A stretch of 64,000 nt of DNA. Source: an uncultured Armatimonadetes bacterium. Lineage in GTDB: Bacteria; Armatimonadota; Hebobacteria; Hebobacterales; Hebobacteraceae. The stretch lies in assembly GCA_963716175.1 (NCBI GenBank), contig OY970296.1, positions 1,760,001 through 1,824,000 on the forward strand, read 5' to 3'. Positions 57,207-64,000 of the stretch are shown one piece after another. Positions within the stretch are counted from its first letter, which is position 1, and each line of letters starts with the position of its first letter. The position numbers were made by a program, and so were the translations under genes. The notes beneath the pieces are model-generated. The model saw nothing but the letters and a program-made list of their open reading frames with translations, was not told the DNA's origin and did not search any database.

Positions 57207-58276
57207 GTGGGGGCGAATGGCGCCATGCATGTGGTGATCTTGGCCGGCGGGGTGGGAACGCGGCTGTGGCCCATTCGCGCCGGAGCCGGCCCAAGCAGTT
57301 CCAGCCGCTGCTCTCCACCCACAGCATGCTGGAGGAGACCTACCTGCGGTGTCTGCCGTTGACATCGCCGGAGCGGGTCTGGGTGGTGACGAGCGCGGAT
57401 TTCACGGATCTGGTCCGGGCACAGCTCCCGGAGGTGCAGGCGGCGCACATCCTCGGGGAGCCGATGGGGCGCAGCAGCGCGCCGGCGGCGGCGCTGGCGG
57501 TGGCGCGCATCGCCCGGTCCGAGCCGCAGGCCACAGTGTTGGTCACCACGTCCGATAGCCACATCGGGGATGCGGCGGCCTACCGCGACTACGTAGTGGT
57601 GGCAGCGGAGGCGGCGCAGACTGGATGCATCGTCACCCTGGGAGTGGTGCCCACTCGACCCGACACGGGCTTCGGCTACATCAAGCGCGGGGGCCGGCTG
57701 GCGCATCCACCAGGCGCTTACTGGGTCGAGCGGTTCACCGAGAAGCCGGACCTGGCGACGGCCGAGCGCTACCTGGCCGACGGCGGCTATTACTGGAACA
57801 TTGGGCACTTCGTGTTCCAGGCCGACGTGTTCATGGAGCGCTGCGAGCGGCATCTGCCGGAGGTGGCAAGGGGAGTGCGACGGCTGGCGGAGGCGGCGAG
57901 CGCGGAACTGATCACCCAGGTCTACCAGAGCTTCCCTACCATCTCCCTCGACTACGGGATTGCGGAGAAAGAGGAGCGGCTGGCGGTGGTGCCGACGGCC
58001 CTGGACTGGAGCGATGTCGGGAGCTGGGCGGCGGTGAAGGAGATTGCAGCCCGGCACGGTGGCCTGGACCTGAGACCTGAGAACCACGTGGGGGTGGACA
58101 GCAGGGATTGCTTTGTGCTGGCCGGCTCCGGCCGCCTGGTGGTTACGGTTGGGGTCGAAGGATATGTGATTGTGGACACACCGGATGCGCTGCTTATCGT
58201 CCGCGAGGACAAGGCGCAGGAGGTGAGGGAGGCGCTGGAGGAGATTGAGCGGAGGGGGAAGCAGGGGTATCTGTAG
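57207..58276 (+). CDS. manC: Mannose-1-phosphate guanylyltransferase, frameshifted at about 57270
   Basis: VILAGGVGTRLWP is one frame off from SRRSRPKQF...EP...GFGYI...FTEKP...WSDVGSW. Confidence 0.85.
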
Positions 58277-58388
58277 GGGGAGCGTTCTCCTATCAAGGTG
58301 GGGTTCGGGGGCGGAGTTCCGGAACCCCGACGCGCAACGGCCTTCGAGTCGCCGGTGAGCGCCGGTAAGCGCGCGGGTAGAACCTCGC

Positions 58389-61300
58389 CTACAGAATGAT
58401 GTCGCGGTCCAGCAACCGCGCAGCTCTGGGCTGCCAGGGATCCAGCTCGAGTGACCGGCGCAGTGGCCCCTCGGCCTCCTGTGGCTTGCCAGCCGCCTTC
58501 AGTGCCAAGCCCAGAGCAAGTTGAGCGGCCGCGCTGGCGGGTTCGGCCTCCGCGCGCTTCCGCGCGGTCGCGACTTCTTGCTCCAGCAGGCTTTCGGCCT
58601 CCTCCCTCCGACCCAGCTTGCGGAGGCTTAGCGCGCGGTAGACAGACAGACCCAGGGCGCCGGTATGGGAGTGCCGATGATAGCCTTCAGCAGCGGCCGC
58701 CTCCCAGTGTGCTCCGGCGGCAGCCATGTCGCCCAGAGCTTCACACACCAGCCCTGCGCACCAGCGGGGTCGAGCGTCCTCGGTCTGCGCCGGTCTCCCG
58801 ATCCTCAGGTTCGCCGGGTAGTCCAGCGCAGCTTCGAAGTCCTGTCGCGCTCCATTGAGGTCGGCATGGTCGAACCGCGCTGCGCCCCGGCCGCAGTAGG
58901 CCTCCACGTAGAGATAGCGCATCCGGTACTCCGTCTCCCAGCGGTGGAAGCTGTGCGTAGTGAGCAGCGAAACCGCGGGATCCCACGCTCCCAGGGCCAG
59001 ACAGGCCGCGATCTGGTGGGCCGCCACCAGGCTTCGCCGCTGCACTTGCGCTGGCGCGGCATCCAGCACCTCCAGCCGCTTCCGTGGGTGCGCTCTGCGC
59101 GCCTCGAGCACCTCTACCAGCTCCAGGTAGGCCCGCGGTTGGAGCGGCCGGCAGGCCACGGCCTGGCGCAGCGCACCCTCAGCCTTCTCCAGATCCCCTG
59201 CCACCTCCCGGTAGGCAAGCCCGAGATCGCGATGCAGAACGGCGGAATCCGTCATCTGCTGCGCGGCCGCCTCCCACTCCGCCAGCGCTTCCTTTCGGCG
59301 CCCCTGGCTGTAGAGCAGTGTTCCCAGGTAGTAGTGGGCCGGGCCGTCAGCCGGGTCGCCGGCAAGCGCCTCCCTCAGCACCGCCTCCAGCTCCCAGTGG
59401 TGGGGGAAGGTAAGGTCTGGAGAGAGCTTGCTTGCTTCGCGTCGATACTCCGCCGCCTCTTGACTCCGCCCCATGCTATCGAGCCAGAAAGCGAGCGCGT
59501 AGCAGACCAGCGGGTCTCGCTTGACCCCTGGCACCCGCTTCTGCGCCCACGCCAGCAGCACAGCCGCCTCCTCGAGCAAACCCGCGCCCGCGTAGTCGAA
59601 CCCCAGCTCCAGCCACGGATTGCCTCCCACGGGCTCGAAGCCGGCGCTGCCGATCATCGCTTTCAGCTCGCGCAGTCTGGCCGCGGCCACCCGCGGTTGC
59701 CCTGAGGCGGCGGCACAGAAGTGCGCCTCCGCCGCCACCAGCCGATCCAGAGGCAGCGCCTGGCGTGCGGCCGCGACCTCGGCCGCGGCCTGCTTCACTC
59801 GCCCCTCTCGGCGCAAGGCCGCGGCGAGCAAGGCACGCGCCTTCGCACCCTCCTGCCGGTACTGAAGCGCCTGTTCCAGCACAGCAGCCGCGCCCGTCCA
59901 GTCGCTGCGCGCCATCGCGATCAGGCCCAGCTCCACCCGCGCGGCGTGCGCGAACTGCGGGTTGTGGGCCGCGCGCCAGAGCTCGAATTCGGCCTCCTCC
60001 ACCCGGCCCGCGCGGCGCAGCGCAACGCCCAGATAGTAGGCCGCCTCTGCGCTCTCCGGGGCGGCTGCGGCCGCCTCGCGCAGCCGCGCCACCGCCCCCT
60101 CGGGGCCTGACTCCAGGGCCAGCCGGCCCGCGGCGATGGCGGCCTCGACGCAAGCCGGGTCGGCGTCCAGCGCTCTCTGGTAGACGGCGCGCGCCTCCTC
60201 GGAGTTGCCGGCCTCCTCCGCTCTGACCGCCTCCCGCAGCAGGAACCCCGGAGTCCGCGCCGCGGGCTCTGAATCTGTGTCACTGGCCGCAGGTTGGGAA
60301 CCGGCGCTGCCGGCAGCGAGCGTCCGCGGGGGTTGGTTCTCGGTGCCGCGGATGATCTCGCGCCCATCTGTGTCCAGCAGGGTCAAGGTGAGCGGCCCTT
60401 GCGGCCAGGCAGAGCTGCTCGGCAGATCCAGCCGCAGAGGCCGGTCCGGCGAGAGGTCGGCCCGCAGCTCGTGCAGCACGTGCTCGCCTGCGCTGATGCG
60501 TACTCTCGCGCCATCCAGCCTCTGGGTCACCGCCGCGCCCAGGTCAATGTGGCCATCGCCCCGGGAGATGCGCACGGCCGCCTCGGTGTTGGCGCGCGCG
60601 AAGCCTCCGGTGCCCTTCACTGGCCACCAGTACTCCAGCCACCGCAGCGCGTGATGAGGCGGCAGCAGCCGCCAGATGCTCTGGTCCACGAAGCGGCCGC
60701 TCTGGATCTCGCAGTAGGGCCCGTCCTCGTCGCTTAGCACGGAGGCCCAGACGCGGCCGCTCTCGGCCGTGCCCCAGGTGAAGTACTTCTTCCCGAAGCA
60801 CTGGTGCACGTCGGCCACGTGCACCACACCGAAGTCCCGCTCCTCGTAGTAGACACCGAAGAAATCCTCCAGGCTGTCCAGCATGAAGGAATCGCTGGCG
60901 ACGGGGAAGGCGCGATAGCGGGAGAGATCCCTGCCCTGGTGCATGGGCCAGGCAACCGGGCCCTGCCAGGTGCGCGCCCTCGTCGCCGGGTAGATCAGTC
61001 GCATGTCATCGCGCGCTGGCACCGCGGCGTTTGCCCAGAAGTAGTAGGGGTGAGGCAGCGCGGTGCGGTTCATCAGCCGCACTTCAGTCTCGATCAGGCT
61101 CGATCCGGGACGAAGTCGGATGCCCACCGCCCAGGCCATACGATAGATCTGCTCGATGTCTCCCACCCAGATGGTGGCACTGCCATCTCCGGCCTGCACC
61201 AGCCGGCTATCCACCGGAGACAGGGTGGTCACGCTATGGCCGCGCGGGAAGTTCCACTCGATGCCGCCGCTGATCCAGGCCCCGCGCAGCGCGATCAGTC

Positions 61301-61586
61301 CGGGCTTCACCACGTGGTTGTGGTAAAACAGGTCCTGGCCGGTGGCCTTGTCCACTGCGGAGTGAAGATGCCCGCCCAGCTCGGGCAGCACGGTCACCCG
61401 AAGATACTCGTTCTCAACCACCAGGGCGCGATAGCGGACCGGGCGAGCCGCCTCTCCCAGGTCATCCAGCATGGGGTAAGGGTAGATGCGCCAGTGCCCT
61501 CGTCGGTGGAAGGGCGGGTTGGGGTCTGCCTCCCCCCGGAGATAGGTCTTCAGTTCCAGGGTCTCTTCACGGATCTCTACTGGCAC
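58389..61586 (-). CDS. DUF5107 domain + TPR-repeat protein
   Basis: IYPYP, ENEYLRVTVLPELGG, GAWISGGIEWN, GKKYFTWG, TPR-like helical repeats; start approximate. Confidence 0.85.
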   Translation of the reverse strand: MPVEIREETLELKTYLRGEADPNPPFHRRGHWRIYPYPMLDDLGEAARPVRYRALVVENEYLRVTVLPELGGHLHSAVDKATGQDLFYHNHVVKPGLIALRGAWISGGIEWNFPRGHSVTTLSPVDSRLVQAGDGSATIWVGDIEQIYRMAWAVGIRLRPGSSLIETEVRLMNRTALPHPYYFWANAAVPARDDMRLIYPATRARTWQGPVAWPMHQGRDLSRYRAFPVASDSFMLDSLEDFFGVYYEERDFGVVHVADVHQCFGKKYFTWGTAESGRVWASVLSDEDGPYCEIQSGRFVDQSIWRLLPPHHALRWLEYWWPVKGTGGFARANTEAAVRISRGDGHIDLGAAVTQRLDGARVRISAGEHVLHELRADLSPDRPLRLDLPSSSAWPQGPLTLTLLDTDGREIIRGTENQPPRTLAAGSAGSQPAASDTDSEPAARTPGFLLREAVRAEEAGNSEEARAVYQRALDADPACVEAAIAAGRLALESGPEGAVARLREAAAAAPESAEAAYYLGVALRRAGRVEEAEFELWRAAHNPQFAHAARVELGLIAMARSDWTGAAAVLEQALQYRQEGAKARALLAAALRREGRVKQAAAEVAAARQALPLDRLVAAEAHFCAAASGQPRVAAARLRELKAMIGSAGFEPVGGNPWLELGFDYAGAGLLEEAAVLLAWAQKRVPGVKRDPLVCYALAFWLDSMGRSQEAAEYRREASKLSPDLTFPHHWELEAVLREALAGDPADGPAHYYLGTLLYSQGRRKEALAEWEAAAQQMTDSAVLHRDLGLAYREVAGDLEKAEGALRQAVACRPLQPRAYLELVEVLEARRAHPRKRLEVLDAAPAQVQRRSLVAAHQIAACLALGAWDPAVSLLTTHSFHRWETEYRMRYLYVEAYCGRGAARFDHADLNGARQDFEAALDYPANLRIGRPAQTEDARPRWCAGLVCEALGDMAAAGAHWEAAAAEGYHRHSHTGALGLSVYRALSLRKLGRREEAESLLEQEVATARKRAEAEPASAAAQLALGLALKAAGKPQEAEGPLRRSLELDPWQPRAARLLDRDIIL

Positions 61587-61646
61587 CAGCCGTCCTCTCT
61601 CGGGCCGTGTGTCTCTCTGCCCTCTGCGTCTGCGCAACACCCTCTT

Positions 61647-62414
61647 CTACTTCAGCAATCCCCGCACGAAGGCCAGGTTGCGGGCGGCGGCGACTCCCGC
61701 ATCATCCCCGGGCTCGGTCTCCAACACCAGATAGCCCTCATACCCAATGCTCTTGATGGTGCGGAAGATCAGCGGGAAGTCGAGCTTCCCCTCGCCCATC
61801 TCCGCGCCGATCTCCTTGACGTGGATCTGCACGATATGCTTCCCCAGCTGCTTGATCTCCGTGACCGGATCGAAGCCCTGATAGGCGGCGTTGCCGATAT
61901 CGTAGTAGACCCCAAGGTGCGGTGAGCCCACCCTCTCGATCAGCGCCAGGGCCTGGCCGGCGGAGCGGCCCACTCGTCCCACGCTTTCCATTCCTACCTG
62001 GGCCCGGTTGCGCTGCGTTCGCGCGAAAGCGGCGGCGAAGCCGTCCGCCCAGAGCCGGACCGCCTCTTCCTCGCTCTGATCCGCGTGCTTGATCATGGGG
62101 AAGAGGATGACGCCCGCCCCCAGGTCGTCGCAGAAACGGCGAAGCTCGGTCAGCGCCTCCACGCCCTGCTCGTGCGTCTCCTGCTTCGTCATCAGGCCGG
62201 CCACGCTGGCCATACACACCGAGGCCACCTCCACTCCCGTGCGGCGGCTGCGTGCCAGTAAGTTCTCTCGGCCGGTGAAGCTCCACACCTCGCTCTGGCG
62301 ATAGCTGTCAACCGAGAGGTCCAGCTCCACCCCGTCGAATCCCAACCGTGCCGCCTCCTCGAACAGCTCCTCCCAGGACTTCATCAGCACATTGTCCATC
62401 GCGCCGATCTTCAT
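61647..62414 (-). CDS. Sugar phosphate isomerase/epimerase
   Basis: LGFDGVEL, YYDIGN, IHVKE, GYEGYLVLE. Confidence 0.88.
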   Translation of the reverse strand: MKIGAMDNVLMKSWEELFEEAARLGFDGVELDLSVDSYRQSEVWSFTGRENLLARSRRTGVEVASVCMASVAGLMTKQETHEQGVEALTELRRFCDDLGAGVILFPMIKHADQSEEEAVRLWADGFAAAFARTQRNRAQVGMESVGRVGRSAGQALALIERVGSPHLGVYYDIGNAAYQGFDPVTEIKQLGKHIVQIHVKEIGAEMGEGKLDFPLIFRTIKSIGYEGYLVLETEPGDDAGVAAARNLAFVRGLLK

Positions 62415-62482
62415 CTTCCACTCCTGTCGTCATGGTCTGGGCCTGAGGCGCTCGGCTTCCCCGAGCGCCCCTGCCATCCTGC

Positions 62483-63640
62483 TCACTGCGAGTACACTCC
62501 GAATTCGCGGGCCGCCTCCTGCATGGCAGCGAAATTGCGCGTCGGGATGCCGTGGTGGATCGAGTTGGAGGAACCGAAGATCAGCCCGCCGCCAGGGGCG
62601 CAGTCGGCCATGGCCTGCTTCACCTGCTCTCTGATCTGCTCCGGAGCACCGAAGCTGAGCATCCTGCCACAGCTAATCCCACCCCAGAGCGTGAGCTTTG
62701 GGAATCGCCTCTTCAGCTCCGGCAACTGCATCCCTGCGTCCATGTCTATCTCGCCGTAGCCATCAACGTCCGAATCCGCCAGCAGCTCCTTGGCGATGGG
62801 CCAGATGTTCCCGTCCGTGCGGAACAGGTAGGCCAGGCCGGCCTCATGGGCCGCCTTGGTGATCCTTTGCACCCTGGGCAGGATGAACCGCCGGAACATG
62901 GCGGGGGAGTAGATCGGCCCCGCGGAGGAGGCGAGATCGCCGCCCGCCCAGAGGCAGCCCACGCCGAGCTTGGCCAGCACCGGGATGGCCAGCAGCGCTC
63001 CGGCCACATGGCAGTCCAGGTATCGCTCCACCAGCTCGGGCTGGGCGGCGCAGGTCTCCAGCCACGCAGCCTGGGGCGGGATCATCACCATGCCGGAGCC
63101 GTCCACCAGATAGCGATCACCCCCAGCGCGATCGGCAATGGCTAGCAGATCGGAGTAGTCTTCCGGCGCGGGGGGCCGGGCCGACTCGGCCTCCCTCTCC
63201 ATCCCGGCCACCAGGCGCTCGATCGCCGCTCGACCTTCCCGGTCAATGGCGGAGTCTGCTTCATCGAAGACGTCGCTGGCCTGATCGTAGTGGTAGATGC
63301 TCCAGAGTCCGTTCTCGGAGTCGTGGTAGCGGAAGGTGAAATCGTCCAGCTTGGCCGAGGGCCGGGAGGAATGACGCCAGGGGACATGGGCGATGTCATG
63401 GTCCAGCTCCCGGGTCAGGTCTCCCACATCCTCCAGCAGGCGGCCGGCGTAATCATGCCAGGCCTCCTCGCTCTCCCACCGCGCTGCGGTCTCCTCCCAG
63501 CGAATGCGGCCGCCGCCGGTCCGCATCTTGCGGCCCATGATGTCAGAGGCGACGCGGGTGCAGACCGTCTGCTCGAAAATCGGGACCCGATCCGCTTGCT
63601 GGTGGCGGAAGGCCTGCTCGACGCGCTGGCGTGAAGTCAT
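62483..63640 (-). CDS. Uroporphyrinogen decarboxylase family protein
   Basis: TSRQRV...ADRVP, SPAMFRRFILP, TDGN, LWGGI, GGGLIFGSSNSI. Confidence 0.85.
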   Translation of the reverse strand: MTSRQRVEQAFRHQQADRVPIFEQTVCTRVASDIMGRKMRTGGGRIRWEETAARWESEEAWHDYAGRLLEDVGDLTRELDHDIAHVPWRHSSRPSAKLDDFTFRYHDSENGLWSIYHYDQASDVFDEADSAIDREGRAAIERLVAGMEREAESARPPAPEDYSDLLAIADRAGGDRYLVDGSGMVMIPPQAAWLETCAAQPELVERYLDCHVAGALLAIPVLAKLGVGCLWAGGDLASSAGPIYSPAMFRRFILPRVQRITKAAHEAGLAYLFRTDGNIWPIAKELLADSDVDGYGEIDMDAGMQLPELKRRFPKLTLWGGISCGRMLSFGAPEQIREQVKQAMADCAPGGGLIFGSSNSIHHGIPTRNFAAMQEAAREFGVYSQ

Positions 63641-63770
63641 GCCACCGTCTCCCTCGATATCTGCCTCCCTTACGCCGCGCCTGGGCCGGGTACCTGTCTG
63701 GTGGGCGGCAGGACCACAAGCTGAGGGAGACGAACCCTCCTCATGTCACTGGTGTCGGAGGGAAGCTGCT

Positions 63771-64000
63771 ATGCCGCGAGCCCGTATGGTTATCGCCCTG
63801 TTCTTCTTCCTGATTGCCCTCGCCCTGCCGGCCGCGGCGCAGTCGCGCCGGGGTGAGATGCGCGGCGCCTGGATGGGGGACGGATATAACCGCGACTGGC
63901 CGGCGATCATGAAGTCGCTCCAGGAGAACGGCTTCAACGCGCTCTTCCCCAACTTCAGCGTCGGGGATATGGCCTACTACCCCAGCAAGGTGCTGCCGGT
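63771..64000 (+). CDS. Secreted GHL10/DUF187-like glycoside hydrolase, 5' part
   Basis: Signal peptide then EMRGAW...LQENGFNALF...AYYPSKVLP; runs off the window. Confidence 0.7.
   Translation, partial: MPRARMVIALFFFLIALALPAAAQSRRGEMRGAWMGDGYNRDWPAIMKSLQENGFNALFPNFSVGDMAYYPSKVLP

Overview
GC-rich bacterial chromosomal window. DUF1559 prepilin-like paralogues, an SLH protein, a TonB system and a large-type SRP RNA suggest Armatimonadota or a relative; this is inference. Housekeeping content includes lysS, greA, secA, prfB (programmed +1 frameshift), mtnA, mtaD, tatA, csp, a PBP1A, kdsD/manB/manC, a cbiMNQO ECF transporter, four tRNAs and an SRP RNA. Accessory content includes a REP-associated tyrosine transposase (RAYT) with many GTAG-type REPs, a hicBA pair and a two-gene aspartic-protease cassette between direct repeats of the tRNA-Arg 3' end. 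The strongest unexplained signal is a 48-56 nt twin-hairpin module defined by structure more than sequence (TGGC-TA-stem...GCCA followed by NNNN-stem...-TA-N'N'N'N'). It sits as a clean insertion in the SRP RNA gene, in frame in mtnA, in five tandem tRNA-His-derived repeats, in REP hairpins and inside copies of itself. Two DUF1559 genes also share a ~400-nt structured leader with an internal terminator, a candidate new riboswitch or attenuator. All family assignments are from motif recognition, not database searches.
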